A stretch of 63,855 nt of DNA, the filler included, from Hyphochytrium catenoides (Eukaryota; Protista; Hyphochytriomycota): the NCBI GenBank assembly GCA_900088475.1. It is 8 parts of 8 records of this genome, joined end to end, with 100 filler letters (N's around TTAATTAATTAA, not from the genome) between each part and the next. Parts side by side here need not be neighbours in the genome. Positions count along the whole stretch, not along the records: positions 45,284 to 49,248 come from FLMG01003060.1; positions 49,349 to 60,551 come from FLMG01004678.1; 6 more parts are not named here. One strand, written 5' to 3'. The position numbers and the translations under genes are program-made. Within the stretch, counting starts at the first letter, position 1. Each line of letters opens with the position of its first letter. Below, one piece after another: positions 48,201 through 60,651 of the stretch. Under the pieces are notes generated by a model that ran no database searches, was not told the origin of the DNA, and saw only the letters and a list, made by a program, of their open reading frames with translations.

Positions 48201-48799
48201 CGGTGGGAGTCTGCAGTCGCTTCCAGTCTAATCCTGGCAACGACCATGTCTCGGCTACCAAGCGGATACTTCGCTATCTACGAGGCACTTCTAATCTTGG
48301 CATTCGTCTTGGTGGTTCCTCTCTAGATCTTACTGGCTACGTGGATGCTGATTGGGCTGGCGACAAAGATGATAGTGTCTCTACATATGGATATGTCTTC
48401 TATCTTGGCTCTGGTCCTGTTAGTTGGCGCAGTAAGAAACAAGACTGTGTTACTACTTCCACTTCTGAAGCTGAATACGTTGGTATCTCCGAAGGCTCCA
48501 AGACTCTGATCTGGCTTCGAGAACTTCTTTCAGATATGGGTTTTCCTACCTCTGGTCCCTCGATTCTCTACAATGACAATCAGTCAGCCCTTGAACTGAT
48601 CAATGGTGATGCACGGACTGCTCCTCGTTCACGACACATTCGAGTACGTTATGACTTCGCAAGAGAACGTGTCAAGCAAGGAGATCTCATCATCAACTAC
48701 CAACCTACCACAGAGATGATTGCAGATATCTTCACAAAAGGACTGCCTACGCAAACCTTTAATCGTCATCGCGATAAGCTGATGGTCCACATCCGATGA
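45284..48799 (+). CDS. Copia gag-pol polyprotein (partial, uninterrupted)
   Basis: In frame from the gap: zinc-knuckle end GHKRPQC, protease YLDSGATRHM, WHQRLGH...CEGC, integrase D/D/E (SGDL, HSDGGGEF, NGIAER), RT YVDD, RNase H DADW/EAEY/DNQ/ADIFTK. Confidence 0.95.
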   Translation, partial: PGHKRPQCRKFKFDRQAANGGTTAPPGAPSSNKPPKANMSTTGPVALYTALHMSTSPSPLVPSAPSPSMVVYLDSGATRHMCPHRTWFSTFTPDSRVAYMGNNSEAPILGTGTLPLLCGGVALDIQDALYVPCLSATLLSVSQMVDTSPVYVVFDSIEARIYAKDTNRLLAQGPKTSDGLYFLPCYPRLPPSSSPPPIAHLGAVPSASPSVWHQRLGHLSMGALRSFVSSSYVKGLTVSGSWDTTLDSVCEGCVYGRSTRQPFRRRSDSPRPTVPLAQVSGDLCDATVPSLSGYRHFFPLVDSCTRYGWVVFVKNKDHAFPAFQTWHREATSLTGQRLLHFHSDGGGEFVNNAFRQYFRNHGIQFTFTNPRSPQENGIAERRNRTLLETALSMLHGAGLPPFLWAEAINTACYIRNRCPTAANKGRTPYELLHGSIPDVSTLRAFGCAAYRHIHKSLRKTKLDPKAELCILLGYSQDRRAYRLWHPLKHRIYEDRDVIFNENYFPLRHPSPSPLQLPPVAPLSLPSSPDPPSGFSAPPSLPQGDPPVSSSPSSLFPRSVTFTEDSSPLSSSSAPAAVASTEIPSTPNPAQLPSVVDPASPAPSAAPFTSSLDNPPPSQIPRLRRSTRPRFVKTPAFRVGDVVYAASLISSSPDLEHPPPPLSRDEALRRPDADQWESAMASELASLAAHGTWELVPPPPHRRPIGCKWVFDLKLNGDGSINRYKARLVAKGFTQKEGFDYTQTFSPVISHESVRVFLSVVAFLDLELKHMDVKTAFLNGTIDEEIYMTLPPGLSDSQGRVCRLRKSLYGLKQASRAWHTVIHSFLISQGFTSCHSEPCIYVKRVGDDLLLIALYVDDLLLAGSSPASLLSFQTLLSSRFEMSDLGDAHYFLGMTISRDRSSRYIYLSQPLYTERILTRFGMSTSAPVSTPLVPNHNLRKLPDIVTPAHDFPYREVLGALMHLMVVSRPDLAASVGVCSRFQSNPGNDHVSATKRILRYLRGTSNLGIRLGGSSLDLTGYVDADWAGDKDDSVSTYGYVFYLGSGPVSWRSKKQDCVTTSTSEAEYVGISEGSKTLIWLRELLSDMGFPTSGPSILYNDNQSALELINGDARTAPRSRHIRVRYDFARERVKQGDLIINYQPTTEMIADIFTKGLPTQTFNRHRDKLMVHIR

Positions 48800-48992
48800 T
48801 CTTCATTATCTTCATCTGATCGCCGTGAATCTTCACTCGGCGAGTGGGAGTGTTGACGAACCCTGTCTCAGCCAGGCTTGTGCCTGCAACCGCTATGCTA
48901 TTTCTGGATTCCGCCTCCTGAAGTTCACACAACTACTGGAATTCTGTTCTATTCCTGGACTTGGTAGTTACAAGCAGTCTTGCACTCCAACA
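45284..48992 (+). mobile_element. Ty1/copia LTR retrotransposon (5' end lost in gap), with PPT and 3' LTR
   Basis: Domain order PR-IN-RT-RH. PPT GGCGAGTGGGAG lies directly before TGTTG at 48851. A candidate LTR end CAACA is at 48992, but the LTR may extend to the gap at 49248. Confidence 0.95.
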
Positions 48993-51636
48993 CTAAATGT
49001 ATGGCTTATCAAGACACAAGACTACCAGATCACCTTCCCCGCTACTGCTACTATCTTTAGTTTTTCTTCGCATTGCTGCTTCTTCTTTCTCAACTCCTAA
49101 CGTCGTCTTCTTCAGTGATCTCTTCTATCATCCTCCTCCTTTCTATATAGAGTAGAATCTCTTCGCCACTCTTTAGTAGGACAGCACTATCCTCATAATC
49201 ACTCAGTAGAGCATTTCCTCACCAAGACTCAACCGCCTTAGCCCGGATNNNNNNNNNNNNNNNNNNNNNNNNNNNNNNNNNNNNNNNNNNNNTTAATTAA
49301 TTAANNNNNNNNNNNNNNNNNNNNNNNNNNNNNNNNNNNNNNNNNNNNGGGAATGCCATTCAGTGCAGCAGCAGGAGCTTCGCACAGTCAGCAACCCGCT
49401 CCTTTCTTCTGGACATAATGGTCTCACACACGACTAATTAGTCTTGAACAGGATACTCTCAGGCAAAGTAGCCCTGTATATGTATTGAGTGTTGGCTTTC
49501 AGCCCAATAATTAAGAGGCGGAGAGTGTCCGGCTCTAGCCTTCAAAGCTAGGAGACAACAGTAACGGCCGCCCCAACTTCTGTAGGAGAGGGTCATACGT
49601 TATCTATGAACTGTCTTTGGCTTGATGATACTTGTCGAACCTGATAGACTATGTAGCAGTCGAGTCTCATTGCCTCTTCTTCTTGAGATGGAGGCAGAAG
49701 GATAAGCTTCAAACGGATGGTGAAGATAATAATGATAGGCCCGTTTTTCGTTCTCTACTTCGTCTCCTTAGCTCCACTTTTCTCTCTCTCTTTCCACTCG
49801 CCTAGACAATGATACTTCCTCTTCAGTTGCCCTTCCTTGGTATGCTAATAATGAGCCGTCAACACGCCGGTGATGAAGCAACGTAAATTATTCTTCGATG
49901 AGATAGCTCCACTAGTTCTTCTAAATAAGAGGTAGGAGCTACTTCTTTTGGATAGTGTTCTTGTCGCTTTTCTTTTCCTTGTTGATCTCTTTTCTGCGCT
50001 AGAAGCGAATGATGATGCTGGGTGGAGCACGTGTACCTTGATACCTGCCGACTGGAGCTCTCTACTGCTCTAACGTCCTATAATATAAATGTTAACGTGA
50101 AGATGAAAGCTGTTGTCCAGCACCTCCTTCTTTCGGGCCCTTCATTCATGTGCTACCTCCTCCTTTCTGATAGCAGCAGCGCGTCGTGCTCGCTGCTACT
50201 GTTAGATAGAGATAACAGGAGGACAAATAATAATGTTACTACACTACCTCGTCTTGTTATCATCATCTGTGGCATCATCTTTCTGTTGATGATGGCACAT
50301 GCCTTCTTCTTCTTCCAATCTTCTTCTCCTTCCAACCTCCTCCTTCTCGTTTTCCCCCCTTCTTATTCATTATTATCTATGATGATCAAGGATGTTGTGC
50401 CCAAACAAAGCTCCAAATAGGCAACTACCGCCCCTACTACTAGCTAGCTGAGAAGAAGCCGCCGGTGAACTGTTTTCATTGCCTTGCACCACGAAAACAT
50501 TCTTCCCTTAGCATCGCCCTTCCTTTTAGCTTCGCCCTTCCTTTGGTCTCAGCTGCGGTGTCCACCTTACTACTCCTCCTCCTCCAACAACTGCTGCCGC
50601 TGCACCGCTTTCTTCTTCTTCTTTATTATCTCCTCGTCGTCTTCTTCTTTCGTTCCCTGACGTCGTGATCACATAATAAGAATGACAATTATAAAAATTT
50701 ATAAAGAAGAGAAACAGCAGAAGAATAACCTCCTCCTCCTTCCTTCTTCTTGTTGATATGCTGCTGCTCTTTCCTGCCTCCTACTGCCTCCTCGTCGCTC
50801 GTCATCATGTTGCCATGCATGAGCTCTATCATCATCATCATCATCATCATCTTAGTAGTGAACAAACAAAAGAAGAACAAAAAATGGCTCGGGCAAACAA
50901 CAACGAAGGAGGAGACAGACCTAGTAGATGATGATGATCGACGAGGAGCCCCTCACTCTCTCTATGATGATGGTGTTGCTCTTTGGATGAGCAGCTCACA
51001 GGACGAGTTCCTTCTTCTTCTTCTCTTAGTGCCCGTTGTGCGATGATGCGGCGGCGGGCAGCACACCAAACTGTGCAGCACTTGTGAGAAGGGGATGCGG
51101 AGGATGCGGAGGACCATTATCTCAGATAGGGCTTATATTATTCTGTTATAGCGGCCTCGAAGTAGTGCACATTTGGAATACATGAACAGTGGACCCATTG
51201 TGGGCGGAATATGTCCAATCTCTCTCTCTCTCTCTCTGTCTCTCACCCTCTCTCCCTTCTTTTCACTTGAAACAACCCATTATGAGAAGGGCCGCGGAAC
51301 ACTCTCTCCCTCTCTGTCTCTCTCACATTAGGCCTGTTGCTCTTGTGGAGAGTCTACAAGGAAAACGCCTATGGGGCAACTCTGTCTCTTCTTGGTGAAT
51401 GATGATTGTTTGGCGCCTCTTCCTCCTATCATCTCTTCCTCCTCCATTGCCTACCTGGCTTCTCTCTCTGAACTAGGAGCCTTATACAGCCATCAGCAGC
51501 TGCACTGGCCCCGCACAAGGTTAGAGACCAGCATTCTTCATCGAGTCTCAAAGCCCAGCTCCAGAGAAAGAGTGGAGCTTCTCGAGACTGCAGACGCAAT
51601 AATCTCCGTTTGAAGTCTTCCTTCTTGGGATAAACC

Positions 51637-52792
51637 ATGGCTTGCTGTCTCCTCTGTTTCGATGATGCTCCGCATCCCGATGACCCTCGCCATGCCTTCA
51701 TGAACCGTTGGCAAGTGGGCATGATGGAAGCCCCTGGTAAGGATCCAGGTTGCTGTCTCGCTGGCTTCTGCTGCCCCATCTGCACCCATTATGTGCTAAG
51801 AAAGAAAGCTCTTCATGGCGACATGACCAAGTACAGGTGAGTCAAGATGGCTTGCTTGATGGCTTGCATGTGGCGTAAAAGTCCTACCCACGCTCTCACC
51901 CTCCAACCATCGTCGCACGCTCTGAGTCATCGTCCTTATAGTTCTTCTTTGCCTTGATATCCCCAACTTACCTTCTCTAGAGGTCTTCTGTTACCTTTCC
52001 TCGTTCTGTGTCTCGTCTGTCCTGCTGCTCTTGTGTCACTCAGCCAATCCTTCATCATGCGCCAAGTACTTNNNNNNNNNNNNNNNNNNNNNNNNNNNNN
52101 NNNNNNNNNNNCGGTTGCGGTGGAAAATGTGGAGAACAGAGCTGCCCTGAATGCTGTCTGTGCATGGAAGTGTCCTGCTGTAACTGCCTAGCAGTGAACG
52201 CGACACGCTTCTTAGTGATGGACGAGCGAAACATCATGAGTGACCCTTGCGATAATCGCTTGATTCGCTTCAATAACTGCCTGCAGCTCCTCTCATGCAT
52301 CTGCTCACTCTTGGCGATCTGCTTTGACTTCTTGAGGGACGCTGCGCAGATTCTGAACTGCATCGCGAATGTAGTCTATTGGACCCTTGTTGGCTGCATC
52401 TCAGGTGCTTACGCTCTCTATGTGTCCTCCAATGTTCATGCTTGCTACCACCGTCGGCTTCACAGGGAGCTTCCATCCTGTGAACACTTTCAGCAAAGCA
52501 AATATGTTACTTCGTCTCCGAGAATGTTCGTCTTGAAGAGGCACAGTCATTATGGCAAAATCGCCTTCCGGTTACTCTCTTGCAAGGAGCTTGAATGCAT
52601 TCAGTTCACTGACGCTAACGCTCTTCTCTTGCAATTCCGACTGCTATCCTCGTCTCCTCTCACACAGCGCAACTGAATGTGGAACTGAAGCACGACTCTA
52701 TGGCGGCGGCCTATCAGGTGCCCCCAGTCGCTATGGACTACAAGCCTGAGGGACAGGCGGGTCCACAAGCTGAGGTCATGAGCAGAGTATAA
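51637..52792 (+). CDS. PLAC8-family Cys-rich protein (at least 3 exons, one boundary in an N gap)
   Basis: WQVGMMEAPGKDPGCCLAGFCCPICTHYVLRKKAL; CGEQSCPECCLCMEVSCC...SDPCDNRLIRF. Last exon 52668-52792 reads (A)QLNVELK...MSRV*. Confidence 0.85.
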
Positions 52793-53081
52793 GAAGCGTC
52801 AGCTGCCTAGGAGAACGAAGTGTTGACTATTAGCTCCATCGTTGTCTCCGTCAAGTCGTACAGATAGTCACGGCTAGGAGGAAGTTGTGAGATGCCATGG
52901 TCATCATAGGAGAAGGCTGTGAAGATTACCGCGCCGACCTTAAACTGTACATGTTACTCTTCTCCTCTTTATCCGCTGCTATCTCACTACTTGGCATAGC
53001 CCATCCCTCATGTCTGATAAATCTTGACATAGCATCCTCTGCCCTCTAATGAGGTCTGGACACACCCGTGACCTCCTATAG

Positions 53082-56000
53082 CTAACTCTGGGACCCACTA
53101 GAGCCAAAGCTAGCCCTAAACTGGGGTAGAATAGACGACTGGAGGTCTCTTCTGCTCTTAGTGCCACTCGATGGATTGTTTCTCTTCTCCTTCTCCCGTC
53201 CTCGTTCTTTTTCTTTCCTTTTACCCTCGGAGTTAACTTGCAGGACTACTCCTCTGCCTGGCGTGTTTCGATCTACGGCTTCTGTCTTTCCTCTCACTTT
53301 CTTTAGGTTCATGCGGATATGCTGCATCTGCTTAAGCACACGTTTGGTGGCACTGGCCTGGAACGGAGAATGAAAGGTAAAGAATGGTCAGAAGAGGCAG
53401 CGCAGAGCCAGTGAGTAGCAATGCGGGAACAACAGCTTGGTGGTGGGCATGACGAAGCTGCTCAGCTGTCAAATGGACTCAAGAGCACTTTACCTGCCCA
53501 GGGAGTTCTAGCCCTGCCAGATTTCTATTCATCCTTCTCCTCTCCTCCAGTTTGTCAAACTCCTGAGCCACGCTTACTCGTAGCTCACGCCGTAGAGCTG
53601 AGATCTGGGCTGATCCTAGAGGGATACCGACAAGAATTAAGAGCCATCAACAATGAAGGCATGACAGGACCATGAGCCAAAAACCTGGCCCAAAGATGAC
53701 AGAGAGCTTTCTGGAATTAAAGAAGACCAGGAGAATTTGCTGAGGAAGAGTAGTAGACGACGGCTCAGGTCTCCTTTTTATATGGACCAAGCCATCCCAA
53801 CCTTTTACCCTGATCCTCACAGTCTACGAAATTTTTCAGCCTTATGTCTATATGGTGCGCCTCACTCGCTTTACCCTTCTTCCTTATGTCCTCCCGTACC
53901 TAATTGAGATACGACGGATCGGCACGCAGCTATAAAGTGCTGTCCAGCTTGTTGGTCAATGAGGGAGCTCATCATATATTCACTCACGGTCGACAGCAAG
54001 GCTCCGGCATCTTCGGCACGTAGCAGTTCCTAACGGTATGATTGAGAAGAGTAGAAGGATCAGGGGGAGCGGGGGAGATAAGGATCGGTTGAACGGAAAC
54101 AACGTTGTCCAGAGGCCCTGTAACGGTGGTTGGCTATGGTATTAAGCCAAGCCAAGAGATGCTGAAGAGGAGACAGGAGGGTGACAGGTAAGAAATGAAA
54201 CTCATCCACATCAGAAGCTTACCTTCTCCAACGAAAGGAATATTGTGAGTGCGACACCGATGATAACCCTGGACGCCGTTGGTCCCTCCGGGGCGCAAGC
54301 TATGAGCATATCCATAATCTCCAGAGCGATCGAGTAGGGCAGGCTTCCCACAAAGACCGTCATAAACCACTACAGGGAGACGAGGCCAGACATAAGAGAG
54401 ATGGATCGTGACATCCCGCGCAAGTAGCCAACGCAAAAAATAGATCGGAAGAGGGGTAAAGGGCTAGTTAAGGGCCCAATCCACGGGATGGAAGGGCAGA
54501 ACGGTCATTACCTTGGTACATAGTAGCGGCATTGACCCTCCTAGAGCTGATAGCACTAAAGTCAGTGAAGGGGATAAAAGATTGTATACTAGTGTTTCTG
54601 AGAAGGGGCACTAGGTAACAGTCAACGAATGTGCATCCTGACATTCTCTTCGGCCAAAAATAACGGCTACAGCCAGGTAGATCCAAAGAGACAGGAAGTA
54701 CATTAGAGAAGTATATGGAATGAGACTCTCTGGAGACCATTTGACCAATCAAGAGTGAAGGGATGCTCCCACCTCCCACTCGAGCAGCCAGTAATTTGTT
54801 GCTTCTATGGAGCAGGGTCTGAAGCACTGCACAGTCCACATACATCCCGATCATAGAGCTCTCGTGGTAAGAGGGTAAGAGTACTTCTAGCATCGCCGCA
54901 AGACTCCAAAAGGCCTCTTCTTCCTCCATGTAAGAAAGCAGGACTGACGCAATCGCATTCATGCCCTGATAACACGTGAGATATGTTAATAATGAGGCGT
55001 GATAACTAGAGAAGAATGTTAACTCTTAAGCACTCAACGGCAACGCCCTGGTGAATGGCGTGACGCTTGAGGCAAATAGAGCGAAGAGGTACCTGACAGT
55101 AGCCTATAGCGCGATTATGCACGGCGTAGGCACAAAGGACCCTTTTAAGCGAATCTGAAGCGTCGAAGTCGGCAATACGTCAGGAAGGGGTATAAGTCGC
55201 CACCGGTGAGAGAAGAGACATCAGATAAAATAGGCAATAGCGCTATCTAAGGCAGGACTAATCTATTCTCATTCTTTGGTATCTGACTCTTCCATCGAAG
55301 ATTGCTCGCCTCTCATGTTCTACGAGATGAAACGCAACAGCAAAAGTGAGCCTACCCCATTGAGTTTCTGGCAGTATATGTGTCCGGCCGATGTCATTGT
55401 CCACCTCCAACGCATAAGTCTGAGACACTTCTGCCCGGGCTTCCACGAGCTCTTGATAGGACGAGCGACTTCTCTCCTTTAAAGTTTTGGTCTTATTAGG
55501 GGACAGAGAAGGCAGTGATTGTCATAATTCTAGACAGAAACGGGGGGCGTACCACCAGTAACGATGGAAGGAATAAAGCAAAGTGTGAGATCACGGTCCG
55601 CAAAGAAGAGGTCCCAACGTCACTTTACAAGGATATTCAAGTCCCCTGGAGTACCTCCAAGGGGCTCTCGTACTCTCTCTCGTCACACCTGAGAGGAGAG
55701 CAGCAAGGGCCAAACCCACCGCCTATGCAAATGAGGGATCCCATAGAAGCCAAGAAGCAGAATTTCTCTAAACGACGAGTCCCCAAGATTAACGGAGCGG
55801 CCAGATGCCAGCGACTGTAGCTCGTCCCATGCTTCTATTTGGGAGAGAAAGGGCAGCACAACGAAACAGGCAGTATAGAGAGAACAAAGAGTCAGCAAAA
55901 AGCTCTCGTCTCGCAAAACTGAGCGCACTAACTACGAGACAGGGTCTACGGTAGAACAGACGTAAAATTGATGAAAAGCAGAGAGGATGACATTGAATGC

Positions 56001-57979
56001 TGACGTTGTCCAGATGCAAGCTTACTTCCTCCATCCACAGCTGGAGTATCGGGTGATAGGAAAAGGTTAAGGTTCTCCTGGCTTTGAGGACTGAGGGACA
56101 AAGCAGAGGTAGATATGCGCCGCAGAATCTTCCCCACGGCCCCAGCTGGCGTCACTCCATGGGGATCATGTAACACTGTGTCAAAGCACATATGATGTCA
56201 GAATGTAGCTTCTCAACATAACTGAACGGCTCGAACGCTCACGAGCACACTGTCTACGAACGACTATGCTCTTCTCTGATTCCGATCCGATCTGGGAGTC
56301 AGCGGGTGCTCACACTCAAAGGGTCTCTTCTGTGCAGCTCCCCTTATCCCTTCTTTTAGATTTCTCACCTTCCTCTGGGACATTCAGTCCAGGATAGCTT
56401 TCAAAAGCCGCATTTAGGAGTTTACTATCTCTTTTCTTGTCTTTCGCACTCCGCGCCTCCTCCGTTAGTGCTTTCTTGAAGTCCTTTGTCAGCTTCTCTA
56501 CTTCACTAGAATCTATCGACTGACATTGTCGCAATAAAGCTGGAGCAAAGCTACCAGGCAAAAGTTAAGGACACCAGAACCAAGACGAACCATTTAACGA
56601 AGCGAGTGCTAGGAGCTCTTGAAAGGGATACTGGAAAGCGAGACAAGAATGCCCAATCGCAACAATGAGAGACCGATGCGCTAAAAAGGAGCACTTCGTG
56701 CTGGAATGTGACAAACAGTAGGCCATAGGGTCTGCGGTGTTCTTACTCCTGCCACGTAGCCGCTTCTAAAAGCCCAGAAGCCAGCAAGTTTTCGACGGCA
56801 AGTAAAACCGACGCCTGGTCCTCACTCCTCAGTAGCTCCTCCCGCGAAAACACAAGTAATGCTATCAGAAGACCTAACGGTGGGTGAGAGGGAGATTAAG
56901 GATATATTACTTCGGAGAAGTTCTGATGTTGAGACAGCGTTGCATAAAAATGAGAAAACAAAGTGATACTTTACTACTTGTAGGGATAGGAAACGTGCAG
57001 CGCGAGTAACCCACCAACAACTAGCGTTGGCCATGCTATGAGCCCTGAAAATAGCATGTCAAGTAACCTTAAGCTGAGCCCCAGCGGCAAGCTGGGTATC
57101 ATAGCGTCATACATCCTCTGCAGACAGGTTAGGTGTCAACAAGCCGAAGCCATTATCGGAAATAGTGAAGTAGACGAGAGCTTTCGTTTGGCAGAGACCG
57201 CCTCAGACGTGAACAAGGGCTGAATAAAAGAATAGAAAGGTGAAACCAAGATATCAGCAGCACTTGAAAAGTAGAAGAGACAAACCTTAAGGAAGATCTG
57301 GTCGGAGGTCATGCCAATGTCTAGGAAGCACGGCATGAGTACAAAGAAAACGTGATGAAAGGCAATACGAAAAATGAAAGCCAGGCAAGGCATCACGGCC
57401 AAAGATAACTCATCGACATTGCAAAATGCAAGGCGGAAAATAGAGGAGGTACAACGCTACCTTTAAAATGACTGTACAGCTCTTCGTCTACAGAGGATAG
57501 TAGCACATCCGCTGCTCGGCACTGTGCCCGGAGGGACAGAAGTCGCATATCTTCGGACTTGGAAAAGTGCATCATCTACTTGCGGAGGTTAGAAGGGGAT
57601 AGAATCGGAGGCTGGGGGTGGGAGAAAGGGGAGGGAGAGGCAACAGCCCCAGGAGAGGGAAATAGCTTTGACTGGAGGGGCGAAAGGACTACAGAGAAGC
57701 TCCAATGGCCATCCCGCAATGCAGTGGGGGCGGAGCTATGGAGACACGGAGTTCATGAGAATAAGTGCATGTATATAACCGTGACATTCTCACATCATCA
57801 AGCACTAGCAGGGCCCAGACTGCTGCTTCCTCGTCCAAATAATATAACAAGATCTTTGCAATATGGTCAAGGAACTGCCAGAGAGAAGTCGGTTAGCAGT
57901 CGCCTCTAGCAACAAATGCCTTTACAGAGTACAAAATCTAAGAGAGAAATAAAGAAAAAAAAGAGAGACAGAGAGAGAC

Positions 57980-58010
<31 letters not shown>

Positions 58011-58844
58011 CAGAGAGAGAGAAAGGGAGCACCACTACACCATGAAAAGATAGTGCGAAAGGAGGATAAGAGACTTTGCTGGTCAAACCCAAAGGAGGCA
58101 TGAGGAAGGCGAGCTCTATTGTGAGTGAGAGCTTTTGTTCCTTCAATACGTACCGCGGCTGTTAGTTCTGGCCTAAGGATTGCGACTGCCCTCAGTACTG
58201 CTGAGACACCTGATGGGGCCAAACTTCTGCCTTGTTCTTCGCCGCTATCCTTGGGAAGAGGTCGTACATGCGTCGGTCGGAAGGAGAAACGGTCAGGATC
58301 TCAACTACTTTGGCAGTTCAGTAGCTATAACGCTAACCTCTGGCTCTTGTCCCTGGTTATCAGGCTTGTAAAGTGCGGAAGAGTAGGTATAGCTTGAGTC
58401 CAGTATCAGTTGCAGGCGCTGGTGGCATGGAGGTGTTAATAAACGTCGCGTGAGAACTTGACCGGAAATTACCTACCCAAGTCCTCAGCAATTCGGGCCA
58501 TGCCCAGACCCTATGTACCGATGGAGCTCCGCAGAAGCTGAAGTCACGAAGATGCGACTCAAAGTCCTTCGTTACTGATGTCTCTGCTGATGCCTCAAGC
58601 CATTGCTGCCTCATCTGATCCCACTCGACAAGTGCCCGATGGTCACAAGCATCATGGATGCTTAGCCTCCGAGCATGTGCCTGAGAATGAACAGCGCAGA
58701 AGTGAGATAGTGGTGGTACTGGTAGCGTCTAGCGGTTCGTGTTACCCGTCGGGTGTGAAGCTCCTGGCGTTGGTGCCTCTCTTCCATCATTGTCGAAGGG
58801 GCATATTTACACTTCGAAGGCTCCAAACTCCATGACCCTCGCAC
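53082..58844 (-). CDS. Rab-GAP protein with two TBC-like domains and a C-terminal WH2-like motif (multi-exon; 5' end uncertain, probably extends to 59400 or beyond)
   Basis: TBC-2: YGIPHLHRRWVWPLL (about 55745-55700), EVDNDIGRT (55407-55381), KRVLCAYAVHNRAIGYCQ|GMNAIASVLL...EEEAFW. TBC-1: CGAPSVHRVWAWPELL (about 58530-58486), AVLRAVAILRPEL, VDEELYSHF, LPLGLSLRLLDMLFSG. Last exon 53357-53082. Confidence 0.8.
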
Positions 58845-59602
58845 TATAACCTATGCTACACCACATCCAAGGGCAGTCTCCATAACGTGTTATCTCTCCA
58901 ACCCTCATGCCAAGGCCATCTTCCATCTGCAAGCACGGGAATGGGAAGCTTCAGGGCTGCGGTAGCAGCGGCAGACAAGCTCAATCTCTGTGTGGCAAGA
59001 TCTGGGACGAAGGCGCGCTCCGCCGATCAGATGATGAAGAGACAGAAAGATGCGAAGCTCATCGGGACCCCAGGACTTTCGCTTTTCTCTTATACTCAGT
59101 GCTTTCTATATAGAAAAACTTATAGAGTCTTGCAACTATAGTATAACACTTACTGTAACTCTCTATATCTACGAGTTCTACCCAAGGCTTACCCTGCAAT
59201 ATTCGTAAAATGTAGCCCCACCTCAGGATCAGTGTGGTGATTCCAGGGTTGATTATCAACCAATGGATCTCCAGGGGGAGGGCAGTGGCTCTTTTGAGAA
59301 GAAAAGGCGTTACACTTCCTTGTGTGGACACTCCCATCACATCATCCGCCTCCTCTCCTTCCTTACCGTCCACTCCTCCTCTTTCGCGCCACATCAAGAG
59401 AAAAGACAGCGTAAGAAACTGATGAGAGAGAGAAGGGATGAGCCAGGACGATAAACAATGGTGTGCGCCCCAATATGGTCCGAAGAGGAGGAGATGGAGA
59501 GAGATGTGGAACTGTAGCGTTGAGTTTTTGATAGACAGAGTGGATTGTTCTTGGGAGTCTTGTGTGGGTGTCGGTGTTAGAGAGAGAAAGAAAGAAGGAA
59601 AG

Positions 59603-59636
<34 letters not shown>

Positions 59637-60651
59637 NNNNNNNNNNNNNNNNNNNNNNNNNNNNNNNNNNNNNNNNNNNNNNGATATGCGAGGAGGCGGC
59701 AAGGAACAAGAGACGTGGAGAGAGACAAGGAAGAGGTGGTGTTGAAGCGAGGGAGTGGATGCGACGAGGAAGTAGAGCCGGCCATAGTATAGCTAAAGAA
59801 TGACTGTAGAAAGGAAGAAATAAGTTCGCCTCTCTAAGTAAGTTCAAGAGAATGGTCTTCTGAGGAACGACAGGGGTGACAGTCATGGCGATGGCGAATG
59901 ATTGGTGATAGCCAAGGAAATGTAAGAACTTTGGCCAAGCTTGTTAGGACTCTGTCAAGGCGCAGATCACCATCACAGATTTTTCCGCTTATGGCAGATC
60001 GGCGCCAGGGTTCTCCCAAAGGGTAAAGCTTGCAGTAGGGCCCGCCAGTCTAGGACTAAAGACTCTTCGCTACCTTAAGCATTCTCAAGTTGTTAAGGTT
60101 TCTCTCTGTGACATTCTCCTATTTGCTAAGTTGGACGACAAGTAAAGTTCATTGTAAGATAGACCGCCAGTCAAAGCTTCCGTCACTCGTACCCAGCTCT
60201 AAGTTACTTCAGCCAAACTTTACATCGCAAGCTCTTGAAAGGATCAGACAAGGGTTCGGACTTCCTATAGACTGTGCTAAGCATAGACCACAGAGATGAA
60301 GAAGGGTGTCACTGTCACCGATAGCACAAAGGGTAAGGGTCACAGCAGGAACGCTCGGTTCAAGTCGTCAACTCATATGCGTGTGGCTTTTGTCTCTTGC
60401 AGCACCCGCCGACTCCAATGACGGGTCTCAAGACGCCGCAGGAGTAGTAGATTCCACTGCTGAAGTCGTAGAAGTGCCACAAGGAGCCGCCTATCCTGAG
60501 ATAAGGAGCAAAGTGCCCAAGAATAAGGGTAAAACGACTGCTATCATGATGNNNNNNNNNNNNNNNNNNNNNNNNNNNNNNNNNNNNNNNNNNNNTTAAT
60601 TAATTAANNNNNNNNNNNNNNNNNNNNNNNNNNNNNNNNNNNNNNNNNNNN

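Noticed and set aside
49349-51100. Hydrophobic short ORFs in trinucleotide-rich sequence
   Set aside because: Derived from CTT/CTC/ATC low-complexity runs, with no splice-consistent gene model.
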